Shown in pieces: positions 24,599 to 33,446 of a stretch of DNA of 39,955 nucleotides. The stretch is from a virus (lineage: Duplodnaviria; Caudoviricetes). The first letter of the stretch is position 1. Each line of letters starts with the position of its first letter. The notes below the pieces were generated by a model, which was not told the DNA's origin, searched no databases, and saw nothing but the letters and a program-made list of their open reading frames with translations. Position numbers and translations under genes: made by a program. Location: the IMG/VR virus record IMGVR_UViG_3300014867_000003, positions 1 through 39,955 of that record; one strand, 5' to 3'.

Positions 24599-24968
24599 TG
24601 TCTCGATCCACGAACGGCGGGGGTACCCGCTTCTGAATTTCGTCTAACCGCTCCCGAAGAGCGGGGGCCAGCTTGGGTATGTTGGTTGTCGGTACGTAGA
24701 CCGGCTCCTTGGTGATCTCGACGGGCGGATCTCCCGGGGCGGTTCTCGGTGACGCTTCCTCGACGAAGTAGTAGGCCATGGTGTCGGTCCAGACGCAGTC
24801 GGGCGCCCGCATCGTGCGGCCCCGCCGAAGCTGCTCGAAGGCCTGTAAACGCTTCAGCCCGAACAGGGGGCGCAGGGCAACCTCGATGAACTTCCGGCAG
24901 AGGGGGTTGCGGTTCGACATGCTCTTGTACTTCGCCAGCGCCGCGTCGTTTAGCTTAATATACCTCAT
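24591..24968 (-). CDS. Hypothetical basic protein in the neck region
   Basis: 125 aa; coupled on both sides. Confidence 0.6.
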   Translation of the reverse strand: MRYIKLNDAALAKYKSMSNRNPLCRKFIEVALRPLFGLKRLQAFEQLRRGRTMRAPDCVWTDTMAYYFVEEASPRTAPGDPPVEITKEPVYVPTTNIPKLAPALRERLDEIQKRVPPPFVDRDNA

Positions 24969-25363
24969 CGGAATAGCTCTCCCAATTTCCGCTCAAGAAT
25001 CCTCAGCACGAAGTCATTGTCGAATTCCTTGCTGAAGTAGCGGCTGGGCCGAATGCGTGTGCGATGACCCCTGCCTGTCAGACCACCCAGATCCTGAATA
25101 CGGGCGTAGGGCATGTTCGATTCTACGGTCAGGGTCGTAATTAAGCCCTTCTCGGTGACCGAGCTTTTGATCGAGCGACCAAGGCGCCCGGTTATTGGGC
25201 CGATCACCCGCCCCATGGCGTTGAAGGAGATGAGATCTTCGAGCTTGACCGCCGCCTCTTCCATCCCATCGAAGACGTACTTCTTGAAATTCTTCTGAAT
25301 GTTGGCCAGCTGCGGGGGCGTGGTCTTGGGAACCTTGATCTGGAGGAACACTAGAACGTCCAC
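24965..25363 (-). CDS. HK97 gp10-like/virion morphogenesis (tail completion) protein
   Basis: TGRLGRSI...NMPYARIQDLGG...IRPSRYF. Confidence 0.8.
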   Translation of the reverse strand: MDVLVFLQIKVPKTTPPQLANIQKNFKKYVFDGMEEAAVKLEDLISFNAMGRVIGPITGRLGRSIKSSVTEKGLITTLTVESNMPYARIQDLGGLTGRGHRTRIRPSRYFSKEFDNDFVLRILERKLGELFR

Positions 25364-25836
25364 CCTAGAAATCCCGGCTGCGATAGGAACGCTCCCACGT
25401 CGGGCATGAGGTCAAGGGGGCTGCCAAAATAGCGGTAGGGCTCGAGCATTTCTTTGATTTTGGCTGGCTCGGCGAGATTTAGTGACCGCTGCTTGTCTCC
25501 ATCGGCCCAAGAAGCGACCCCGATGTTCGAAGCCACAAGCATACGCCAGTCGACCAGCAGGTGGCATGCGTCCTTGATATCAAGAGGGAGTTCATCTACG
25601 TCCGCATAGGGGGCGTAGGAAATGCCCGGGTTGGGCGACATTGGCTCCGGGATTGTGCTATCTGGAAGGAGGGGGCGCTTGAGGTAGAGCTCAATCGCGC
25701 GCGAGGCGCGGTTAATGAAGAACTCAAAGCGGGCGCATTCCGCTACTGAAAGTTCCCGCGTGATTCCCTTGTATAGCGCATGTTCTTCGGCGGTGACAAG
25801 GGCTATAGGCGTTAGGTCCGAACCTGAACAGGCCAC
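25351..25836 (-). CDS. Head-tail adaptor (HK97 gp6/SPP1 gp15-like)
   Basis: INRASRAIELYLKR...LPLDIKDAC...MLEPYR. Confidence 0.75.
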   Translation of the reverse strand: MACSGSDLTPIALVTAEEHALYKGITRELSVAECARFEFFINRASRAIELYLKRPLLPDSTIPEPMSPNPGISYAPYADVDELPLDIKDACHLLVDWRMLVASNIGVASWADGDKQRSLNLAEPAKIKEMLEPYRYFGSPLDLMPDVGAFLSQPGFLGWTF

Positions 25837-25843
25837 CGTCGTT

Positions 25844-25917
25844 GCTCCAGTTGAAAGGTTAGATAAGATACGCGACAGGGGGCCATTCGGCCCCCTTCAT
25901 TATCGCGTTACTGGAGC
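25844..25917 (-). promoter_or_regulatory. Nested stem-loop directly 3' of the MCP gene
   Basis: GCTCCAGT/ACTGGAGC, ACGCGA/TCGCGT and AGGGGGCC-GAAT-GGCCCCCT. Confidence 0.7.
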
Positions 25918-25919
25918 TA

Positions 25920-26804
25920 CTACACGACCTCGGTGACGAGGCGGTAGGCCGCACGCTTGGAGCCGTACACCAGCTGCGAGCGCAGCACTACGTCCCACAC
26001 CTCGGACAGATTTCCGGCGGTCTGCTTCGGTCCATCGACCAAGAACAGGCCCCCGTCAGCCGACACCATCTCGCAACCTTCCGGCCCAATGTTGTAGAAA
26101 TTGAAGGCCATGCGGTTGGAGGCGTCAGCGGTGATCTGATCCGCGTTGAAGAACAGCACGCCGTCGTTGTGGATGGTCGAGAAGCCGAAATCCTGCATCG
26201 CAAGAATCGCGGCCGTGTTTCCACCTGCAGCGGCGCGGAGTGCACGCTTGACGCAGTTGTAACCTGCGTCACCGGTGATGCAGACGTTGTAACCCGACTT
26301 GGGCAGACTGGTCAGCACACCGTCAAGGACGTCCAGAATGTCCGCAGCCTCGCCACCCACCAGATCGGTCTGGAGGGGAGCATTGGCCACGAAGTCCTGA
26401 ATGCCCCACATATCGAACGCCGTGCCGTCGCCTGACCCAACGATCTGGGCCACCGTGGTACGGTAGATCTGTGCCACCGCAGCCTCGCTCGAGCGGGCCG
26501 ACTGGAAGCCATCTTCCGTCGCCTTGGAGCGGTAAGCCTGCGATGCGATCTGGCCGAGCCCGAGGGTGAACGTATCGTCCACCTGAGCGGCCACACCGGA
26601 GTTGGGAATGCCAGCGGACGTGCCGAGTGAAGCGGCCGTCGCACCGTCAGTCCAGTTGATGCGGAGTCCCGCAAGCGGAACCGGACGCGGTACGCCCAGC
26701 GCCATCACGATCGGCGCCTGACCCATCAGAGCCTGACCGAGAGAGGGGTAAACGGTCAAACCCTCGATGGCGGCGTCCCACTGTGCCTTTGTAGGATAAG
26801 CCAT
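25920..26804 (-). CDS. Major capsid protein (HK97 fold inferred)
   Basis: 294 aa after scaffold; GDG...F.G, LD.L, FG....NDGV and AAYRL pattern. Confidence 0.8.
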   Translation of the reverse strand: MAYPTKAQWDAAIEGLTVYPSLGQALMGQAPIVMALGVPRPVPLAGLRINWTDGATAASLGTSAGIPNSGVAAQVDDTFTLGLGQIASQAYRSKATEDGFQSARSSEAAVAQIYRTTVAQIVGSGDGTAFDMWGIQDFVANAPLQTDLVGGEAADILDVLDGVLTSLPKSGYNVCITGDAGYNCVKRALRAAAGGNTAAILAMQDFGFSTIHNDGVLFFNADQITADASNRMAFNFYNIGPEGCEMVSADGGLFLVDGPKQTAGNLSEVWDVVLRSQLVYGSKRAAYRLVTEVV

Positions 26805-26819
26805 GTGAAACCTCTTGTG

Positions 26820-26910
26820 TTAAGTGCTTCGGGTTGATCGCTACTTGCTCCCGGCCGAATCTCCATTCGGGCCTAGCAAATGAACGAAGTTAATTCTTGC
26901 CTTCCGGCAA
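26820..26910 (-). promoter_or_regulatory. Structured leader upstream of MCP
   Basis: TTGCC-GGAA-GGCAA hairpin, then a long stem (CTTCG/CGAAG, TTGCTA/TAGCGA) capped by CCGAAT-GGAG-ATTCGG. Confidence 0.55.
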
Positions 26911-26926
26911 ACGCCAAATCTGAAAT

Positions 26927-27640
26927 CTACTTCGACGCCGCTACCGGCTTGGCCGGGAACAGGGCGTTGAACTGCTTCTCCTGCGGAGTCCGACCGGGCG
27001 TGCCCTCGGGGGCGTCGTCGGCCTTGGCCTGTACCTGCGCCCACGGATTCGCGGGCTTCGGCTTCTCGGCAGGAGGCGCCGGAGCGAGGGTATCCTTCCA
27101 CTCGGCGGCGAATTCCTTGATGAAATTCTCGGCGGTATCCTCTGACAGGTTGGGGGCGGTCGAGATTGCCATCTTGACAATCTTCGGGGCGAAGCCCTTG
27201 CCAACCAGCGCTTCAGTCACCTTCGACACCACCCTGTCACGGACGATCGAACCCTCGAGGTTACTGTACTTGGTCTTCAAGTCGAGGATCTCCGCGTCAC
27301 GCTTGGCGAGCAATTCGACAGCTCGCATGTCTTCCTCGGAAGCCAACTTCTCGGCCTCCTCATACTTTTCCAGCTTCTTCTGCATCTCATCGATCTTGAT
27401 CCGACGGGCCTTTGCTTCCGCATTGGCGGCGAGCTTGGCGTCCCGTTCCGCGTTCAGAGCATCGAGCATGTCCTTCTTGCTCTTGCTTTCCCATTCCTTG
27501 ACACGTGCTTCATCGGCTGCCTTCTGATCGGCTGCCTTCTGTTCCTCTGCCTTCGCTTCGGCTGCTTTGGCCTCGGCGGATTGGGTTTCGGCTGCCTTTG
27601 CGTCGGCTGCCTTTTGCTCGGGAGTCTGTTCGTCGGCCAT
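26927..27640 (-). CDS. Capsid scaffolding protein
   Basis: EAK/AAE low-complexity N-terminus, coiled coil (EAKARR), Pro-rich C-terminus; between portal and MCP. Confidence 0.8.
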   Translation of the reverse strand: MADEQTPEQKAADAKAAETQSAEAKAAEAKAEEQKAADQKAADEARVKEWESKSKKDMLDALNAERDAKLAANAEAKARRIKIDEMQKKLEKYEEAEKLASEEDMRAVELLAKRDAEILDLKTKYSNLEGSIVRDRVVSKVTEALVGKGFAPKIVKMAISTAPNLSEDTAENFIKEFAAEWKDTLAPAPPAEKPKPANPWAQVQAKADDAPEGTPGRTPQEKQFNALFPAKPVAASK

Positions 27641-27687
27641 TATTTACTGCTTTCTGCCCATCCGGGCGATTCACGGTTAGTAGCACC

Positions 27688-27695
27688 TTGTACAC
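27688..27695 (-). promoter_or_regulatory. GTGTACAA motif upstream of scaffold/MCP
   Basis: Recurring intergenic motif. Confidence 0.55.
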
Positions 27696-27703
27696 ACTAG
27701 GAA

Positions 27704-29224
27704 TTAATATGCTTCCTCTGAGGAGGTATCTCTGGGGGGCTTGGGAGGACCGGGGGGCGGCGTTGGTGTTTCGTTCGGGGGCGTCTCATCCTCCGGGGTT
27801 TCCCCTTTGGCTTGGGGCTTGGCCGCGTCGTTGATCTTCTTGTTCTCGTCGATGCGCTCCTGCGCCGCTTCTACGGAGAGGTCGGGGTTCTCTCGGCGAC
27901 CTATCTCAGCGGCCGTGATCAGGTTATTAGCCAGCATGAACTCGTAGTAGGCAATCTTCTCCGGGATTGAGGCAAAGACGTTCGTCTCGTCCGGGGCGAA
28001 GTCAATAGTTAGCTCGATACCCGGGGGTATCTGAACCGCACCCTCTTCCTTGTTGGCCTCTACCCAGATCAGCTCCCAGAGTTCCTGCTCAAAGGATGAG
28101 AGGATTGGGCGCCGGGACCGTACGAGATCAAGCAGCCCCGACTGAGAGTTCTGTAGGGATTCGGCCGTCTGGACCTGTGCACTGTTACCCTCGAAATTCT
28201 TGAGAGCATGGCCCCGCATCGAGAGCATGGTGCGGTAGATGTTTTGCAGAAGCTCGAATACCACCGCTGGCTCAGTTTGAGATGGGCCGACGTAGGAGAT
28301 CTCCTTGGGTAGGGGCTTGCCTTCGTCGTCAAGCTGATTCTCGTAGTTGATCTGGCGACACCCCGACACGATCTTCTGGGCTATAGAAGTAGCCTCAACG
28401 TGTGAGAACCCGCCCAGCACTAGGAACTCGAATAGGGAGGTCTGGGTGGTCATGACCGAGTGCGAGGCGAGCAGGGATCGCACCTTGCAGAACGACAGCA
28501 GGCCCCCGTCAACCGGGCCCCAAAATCGCTTCGAATCGGGCGTCAGGCGGAGGACAGCCCACGGAAGTCGGTCGTGTCCGTGTGGCTCGGTGATCCCCTG
28601 CGGCTCCTGCTGCTTGACCTTGATGGTGGTCACCACATTCTCTTCATCCCACACCACTTCGACCGAAGCGACCTTGCCCTCGGGGGTCTTAGTCTTGTAC
28701 TTGTATATCACCTTGGCGGCGATAGAGGGGCGCATCATGTCCACCTCTACATCAAGACCCCGGTATGACGGACACTCCTTGACCAGCTCCATTTTGCCGG
28801 TAAACTGGTTGTAGGTAGGTCGCACAAGCACGGTGCCCTCGTAGGCAGCCTGTCGCTCGTACTGGAGCATCCACATGTCGAAGTCCATCTCCTTGTAGAT
28901 CTCCTCGATGCGCTCGAGCACCTCTTCGGACGGCTCCTCACCGTCGATGAGGAAGTAGCGAATGGGGGGTCGAATATAGGTCTTGCACTCGGCGTCGATG
29001 ATCTTGCGGACAACCGACAGGTAGAGCGAGTAGATTGTCAGTCGCTCCTTGTTGACCAACGACCGGACCCGCTCGTCGATGTTGACTTCATCAACCCCAA
29101 CGCCCGAACCCCGGTACTCGATATCGAGCATCAGGGCGTCGCACGCTAGCTGGGATCGGGAGGGGTCTCGGGCTTCGAACTTTGCCGGATAGGGCATGCC
29201 CATAAAGCTAAACGGTTCGGCCAT
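27704..29224 (-). CDS. Portal protein (SPP1-like)
   Basis: 506 aa after TerL; VVRKIID...Y..PP.R, HGHDRLPW, NPDLS.E.A...I and Pro-rich tail. Confidence 0.82.
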   Translation of the reverse strand: MAEPFSFMGMPYPAKFEARDPSRSQLACDALMLDIEYRGSGVGVDEVNIDERVRSLVNKERLTIYSLYLSVVRKIIDAECKTYIRPPIRYFLIDGEEPSEEVLERIEEIYKEMDFDMWMLQYERQAAYEGTVLVRPTYNQFTGKMELVKECPSYRGLDVEVDMMRPSIAAKVIYKYKTKTPEGKVASVEVVWDEENVVTTIKVKQQEPQGITEPHGHDRLPWAVLRLTPDSKRFWGPVDGGLLSFCKVRSLLASHSVMTTQTSLFEFLVLGGFSHVEATSIAQKIVSGCRQINYENQLDDEGKPLPKEISYVGPSQTEPAVVFELLQNIYRTMLSMRGHALKNFEGNSAQVQTAESLQNSQSGLLDLVRSRRPILSSFEQELWELIWVEANKEEGAVQIPPGIELTIDFAPDETNVFASIPEKIAYYEFMLANNLITAAEIGRRENPDLSVEAAQERIDENKKINDAAKPQAKGETPEDETPPNETPTPPPGPPKPPRDTSSEEAY

Positions 29225-29226
29225 CT

Positions 29227-29472
29227 CTACTTCCAGTGCAGCTTATCGAAGAAGGTTAGAATTAGCCCAGCAATTGTCACAATTCCGGCGCCTATCCACC
29301 GGATGGTCCGGGTCGTGGCATCCAAACGAATAAGGGACTTCTCACAGTCCTCTACCCGTTCGGTTAGCTTCTCCATGACCGGAGCGTGGGCGGCGAGGGC
29401 CTTTTCTGCGCCCTTAGAAGCCGCAAGCTCCACCCACAGCGGGATCTCGTGGTCGGACATGCTGTCGGACAT
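29227..29472 (-). CDS. Coiled-coil protein with C-terminal TM helix (XhlA/holin-like)
   Basis: LTERVEDCEKSL...RWIGAGIVTIAGLILTF. Confidence 0.6.
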   Translation of the reverse strand: MSDSMSDHEIPLWVELAASKGAEKALAAHAPVMEKLTERVEDCEKSLIRLDATTRTIRWIGAGIVTIAGLILTFFDKLHWK

Positions 29473-29712
29473 CTACCTGCCCTTAAGCCAGTCCAGTACG
29501 GCCTCTGCCTTGAGCCGGACCCACAGCGCCACGGCGCGCACAGCATCGCGCACCTTGTCCCACTGGTCGAGTAAGAACCACTTCACGCGGTCAAGCCACG
29601 TGGGCGGCAGGAAATAGACGTCGATCTCGGGATCGGGTAGGGGGGTTCTCTTCGCCGCGCGTTTGCGCGGGACTAGAGACCGGGTCTTCCTTGTGGATTT
29701 GCGCTTGGCCAT
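29473..29712 (-). CDS. Small basic protein
   Basis: MAKRKSTRKTR...; AGGAG RBS at ATG 29712. Confidence 0.6.
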   Translation of the reverse strand: MAKRKSTRKTRSLVPRKRAAKRTPLPDPEIDVYFLPPTWLDRVKWFLLDQWDKVRDAVRAVALWVRLKAEAVLDWLKGR

Positions 29713-29719
29713 GTTGCTC

Positions 29720-29863
29720 CTACTTGGGTTTGCGGACGTGCTTGAACATCTGCATCTGCCGTTCGCGTTCTTTGGCGTCGTCCTTGGTGGAATAAACCTT
29801 GGGGTAGAGATGGCCGGTAGACTTCGACCGGATTCTGTACCCACCCTTTGCTTTCTCGATCAT
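29720..29863 (-). CDS. 47-aa small phage protein
   Basis: Hand-translated MIEKAKGGYRIRSKSTG...AKERERQMQMFKH; GAGG RBS; resembles a small head-region family I recall. Confidence 0.65.
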   Translation of the reverse strand: MIEKAKGGYRIRSKSTGHLYPKVYSTKDDAKERERQMQMFKHVRKPK

Positions 29864-29887
29864 TTCGGGCCTCGTGGGGATACGCCC

Positions 29888-29895
29888 TTGTACAC
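29888..29895 (-). promoter_or_regulatory. GTGTACAA motif upstream of the portal cluster
   Basis: Recurring intergenic motif, 24 nt before ATG 29863. Confidence 0.55.
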
Positions 29896-29899
29896 CCGG

Positions 29900-31582
29900 T
29901 TAGCCGAACGCTTGGTTAAACAAGGCAACCTCAGCGGCCGTGAGTACGTGTGGTTCCGCCTGTGCGCCCCGATTCTTGTAGATAAGCGAGGCTATGAGGG
30001 CATAGTTGTCTGCGTGGCGGTAATCGTCGCCGTGGGGGCCCTTGTTCCATCGGGGCCACCGGAACTCACCTTTGTCTACCATCACCCGGACCGACGACAG
30101 GAGGTGGGATACAAACTCCCCATTGCAGATCTGGGTCACGAAAGTGGGCAGTGCTATACCCCCGTTGCGATAGGCCTGTGCGGTGAAGTCAAGAGACTCT
30201 TGTCGGTTGGCGATGATGCGGCCCCCGGGTTCGTGGTGGTACATGCGCTTATTGTCTTCCTTGCCGAGGTCGGTATACTTGCAGGTGAATACCCGATTGG
30301 GGTGGCGCTTACGCAAGGCTTGGGCGCCCTCACCCGCTAGCCAATCGCCGCCGCCTTCGTCGATCACGACTACTGCGGCATTGAACACGGCCATGGCCTC
30401 CTCGAGGTCGGCCCACCGGCTGAACTTGCTGGCGTGGATCAGCTGGCGTTGACCATCTCGGATCTGCTCTATGGCCATATAACCGGGCTGGTCAACCCCA
30501 ATGACGACGGGATACTCGAACCGGGTGCCCTTGGCTTGCTCTACCGTCGGGTAGTAGACGACCTTCGGAGTGGCGGCCTTCAGGATGTCAGAGATTCCAA
30601 TCTTGGCGGTGGCCTCGACGTAGGGCAGCCCGAGATCGAACCGGTAGAAGATCGCCAGCTTGTGGGGCGAGCCTTGGGCCTTGATCCACCGGTCGAGCAT
30701 CTCGTGGATGGTGCGTTCCTGTGGGGCGGCGAAGAGCTTGGGGATGTGGTACCCCGATGTCGTGCTCTCGGGGTTCTCGGCCACCCACGTCCCTGCGCCT
30801 AACCTATCGAATGGGTCTCCACACTTGATGCAGACCGGCTGACCCGATGGGTGGTTCAGTACCCACTGGTCGTTCTCGAGGTGGACGAAGTGGATGAGCC
30901 AGTCGAGCTCTTGGGGGTGGCCACATTGACAACGAACGTGCCATTTGTTGCGGGTCGTCTCTTCCTCGAAGATCTTGTGTAGCCCCATACCCGGGTGGGT
31001 TGGATTTCCAAGGCGAATTGTGTGCGGGTTGTCTGAGGCGCCTTGGCGGGTATAGGCGAGGTCGAGGTTACCACCGGCCAAGCAGAGGTCGTACTCGTCG
31101 ATGAACACCACGTCGGTAGCGTTGACGAAGAAGGTCTTCTCGGTTGTTGCGCCGCCGAACATCCACCCGGTACCATAGATCGACTTCAAGGCGGACGAGT
31201 CGGCTGCCTTCTTGGATTGCTGCATCTCTCCTACCGCCGACCGATACTCGGGTACCCGGGCGACAAGGCCGTCTAGGCGGTCACGGATGAAGTAGCGCAT
31301 CAGAGTCACGTCGGGCAGTAGGTAGATTCCGCGCAAACCTCGCTTAGCAAAGCTGAACATCGAGGCAAAGGCCAAGGTAGACATGCCTATCTGCGATGCC
31401 TTCATCCAAACTTGATTGGGGTTGTTATCCTTGAGGATGTCGACCATCCACAGGCGGTTATCAAACTGAAGTGGTGCGTGTCGAGTGCTTAGGTGGTAGA
31501 AGTGAGCATAGAAGAGCTTGGGGTACTTCTCCCATAGCTCCGATGCGACCTGTGCGTCGTCGAGCACCTCCGGTTGCGACAT
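29900..31582 (-). CDS. terL: Terminase large subunit, lambda GpA-type
   Basis: MKASQIGMST (P-loop), FIDEYD (Walker B), GNPT, WHVRCQCG...CIKCG, LGLPY, IGVDQ nuclease Asp, DDYRHA. Confidence 0.92.
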   Translation of the reverse strand: MSQPEVLDDAQVASELWEKYPKLFYAHFYHLSTRHAPLQFDNRLWMVDILKDNNPNQVWMKASQIGMSTLAFASMFSFAKRGLRGIYLLPDVTLMRYFIRDRLDGLVARVPEYRSAVGEMQQSKKAADSSALKSIYGTGWMFGGATTEKTFFVNATDVVFIDEYDLCLAGGNLDLAYTRQGASDNPHTIRLGNPTHPGMGLHKIFEEETTRNKWHVRCQCGHPQELDWLIHFVHLENDQWVLNHPSGQPVCIKCGDPFDRLGAGTWVAENPESTTSGYHIPKLFAAPQERTIHEMLDRWIKAQGSPHKLAIFYRFDLGLPYVEATAKIGISDILKAATPKVVYYPTVEQAKGTRFEYPVVIGVDQPGYMAIEQIRDGQRQLIHASKFSRWADLEEAMAVFNAAVVVIDEGGGDWLAGEGAQALRKRHPNRVFTCKYTDLGKEDNKRMYHHEPGGRIIANRQESLDFTAQAYRNGGIALPTFVTQICNGEFVSHLLSSVRVMVDKGEFRWPRWNKGPHGDDYRHADNYALIASLIYKNRGAQAEPHVLTAAEVALFNQAFG

Positions 31583-32053
31583 CTAGTTCAAGAACCCGCG
31601 TGCGGCTTCGAGGCGTTCGGGCGTAGACTGGATGGTTAGGGTCCGAACCGAGCCGGACTGCTGGACGGCCGCATTGCGCTCCCGCTCGCTCATCATGTCG
31701 TGGATGGCCCGGAGTGCGTGAACCTTAAGGGCCGTCTTGATTGAGGGGGAAGTGGCAATTTCGCTAAGCTTCTTGACCCGCTGAAAGAGGCTGGCGAACT
31801 GGACCCGGTTCAAGATGTCTTCGGCCGCGCGCCTACGTTCCTCGAGAATACGGGCTGGCCATCCCTCGGGCCCGGTGTTCTTCATGTAGAGGCCACAAGA
31901 GGTTCTGAAGGACTGGTATGAAACGGAAAGCGGAGGCTTACCTGAGTCCTCTGTCCACTGGGGCGAGGTTAGGTAACCGTAGATGTCCTTCGGCCTTTCG
32001 AAGCTTGCTAAGGCCGTTATGATGTGGTCTATGTGGGCTTTTGTGAGTCGCAT
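31583..32053 (-). CDS. terS: Terminase small subunit (DUF2280-like)
   Basis: RLT...HIITALASFERP N-terminus; abuts TerL. Confidence 0.65.
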   Translation of the reverse strand: MRLTKAHIDHIITALASFERPKDIYGYLTSPQWTEDSGKPPLSVSYQSFRTSCGLYMKNTGPEGWPARILEERRRAAEDILNRVQFASLFQRVKKLSEIATSPSIKTALKVHALRAIHDMMSERERNAAVQQSGSVRTLTIQSTPERLEAARGFLN

Positions 32054-32085
32054 CGTGGTACCCCTCCGGGTTGTTCACTAGCGAC

Positions 32086-32093
32086 TTGTACAC
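32086..32093 (-). promoter_or_regulatory. GTGTACAA motif upstream of terS
   Basis: Recurring intergenic motif, 32 nt before the ATG. Confidence 0.55.
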
Positions 32094-32200
32094 GGCCCGG
32101 ATGTGTGTCGGGGGCCTACGACGGTACTACGAAGGGCGGTTTAGGCGGTCTTGGGGGGCCCTGAACCGGGTCTGAAGCGGCTTTAGAGGGGCGTCAGGGG

Positions 32201-32320
32201 CTACTCTTTGCGTCTTGGGTGGCAGATGGGACAGTCGTCACCACAGCATGAGAAGACCCCGCCAAGCACAAGCGCAACTAAGATTACGATGGCGGTGCAA
32301 ATGGCCTGCGTGGCGCTCAT
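32201..32320 (-). CDS. 39-aa membrane peptide with Cys-rich tail
   Basis: MSATQAICTAIVILVALVLGGVFSCCGDDCPICHPRRKE (hand-translated). Confidence 0.45.
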   Translation of the reverse strand: MSATQAICTAIVILVALVLGGVFSCCGDDCPICHPRRKE

Positions 32321-32329
32321 GTCGTTCGA

Positions 32330-32470
32330 TCACTTCTCGAAGGTCGGCTTGCCACAAGCTGGGCATCTAACGGGCGGATACTGATCCAAGAAGGCGTCCC
32401 CGCATGCGGTCTGGTAGATGCCGTCGTTGTCTAGCTCCCATCGGCAACGGCTAAGTGAGTTATCGGCCAC
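32330..32470 (-). CDS. Small zinc-ribbon protein
   Basis: CRW...YQTACG...CPACGK; GTG start overlapping the methylase stop. Confidence 0.6.
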   Translation of the reverse strand: MADNSLSRCRWELDNDGIYQTACGDAFLDQYPPVRCPACGKPTFEK

Positions 32471-33275
32471 TGTAGTCGTACTGCGATCCTTCGTCCGAAC
32501 CGGGAAAGCTGTCGGGGTGGGTCGGCACTTCCGCGAGATTGCCGACGTTTTGCCAGCCGGGTTCATAGGCGAATAGGCACTCGTTACATGCGGTCTCCTG
32601 CTTGTGGGCGACCGCGATGGTATCTCCGAACTGAACTACCGGCTTCCAGTTGGGGGGTGCGATGAACTCTGAGGCGGTGACGTGGTTGGCCTTGGTGAGA
32701 TGTTCGGCAAAGGCCCAGTACGCTTGGCTGTCGAACTTGCCCTTGGGTCCGGGTGCTGAACGACCGGCATAGGGCGGATCGAGGTAGAAAGTGGCGCCCG
32801 TATAGTTCTCGTAGGTGAGGTAGTCGACACAGACGAGGGTGATTTGGTCACGGTGGGCCTTGAGGATGTCTACCTTCTTGGTCCACATGCGCTTGAGCGA
32901 GGCGCTCATGTCGCCCTTCTTGCTACGAGCATAACCACCGAACCACGAAGCCGCGAAAGCCATTCCGAAGCCGACGTAGGCCGTCATTGGGTCGTTCGGG
33001 TCGCGTATGGCCTTGTATTGCTTGAAATCGGCCTCAGATACGGTGTCAGGAGGAACCCACCCGTCGAGTGACGCCATCCATGTCGTCATCAACGCCGGGT
33101 GGAGGTCGGATAGAACAATGCGGACGTCCTTGGGCAGTTGGGGGATCACCTTCATGGCGGCTCCCAAGGCGCCGCAGAACGGCTCAACGTAGAGCTTGCA
33201 TTCGGGGTCCCAGTTGGCAATGATATAGTCGGCGATTCGGCCGCCCTGTCGCATCTTTCCGCCCAAATATCGCAT
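32460..33275 (-). CDS. DNA adenine methyltransferase (Dam/D12 class)
   Basis: RYLGGK, YVEPFCGA (motif I), FYLDPPY (motif IV). Confidence 0.92.
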   Translation of the reverse strand: MRYLGGKMRQGGRIADYIIANWDPECKLYVEPFCGALGAAMKVIPQLPKDVRIVLSDLHPALMTTWMASLDGWVPPDTVSEADFKQYKAIRDPNDPMTAYVGFGMAFAASWFGGYARSKKGDMSASLKRMWTKKVDILKAHRDQITLVCVDYLTYENYTGATFYLDPPYAGRSAPGPKGKFDSQAYWAFAEHLTKANHVTASEFIAPPNWKPVVQFGDTIAVAHKQETACNECLFAYEPGWQNVGNLAEVPTHPDSFPGSDEGSQYDYSGR

Positions 33276-33446
33276 CTAGTACCTCGGGTCCCAACGCTTG
33301 AGGGCGTCGATGAAGGTGAGTTCAGGAACTACGGTTTTCGCGTACTTGCCGGTCGTCACGGCCGCACCAAGCCGAATTGCGGCGAAGTATACCACTCGAC
33401 GGGGCAGCATGGCGGCAACGGTGGCCGCAAGCCAGTCTTTGATCAT
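33276..33446 (-). CDS. 56-aa phage protein
   Basis: Hand-translated ...LPRRVVYFAAIRLGAAVTTGKYAKTVVPELTFIDALKRW; coupled on both sides. Confidence 0.65.
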   Translation of the reverse strand: MIKDWLAATVAAMLPRRVVYFAAIRLGAAVTTGKYAKTVVPELTFIDALKRWDPRY

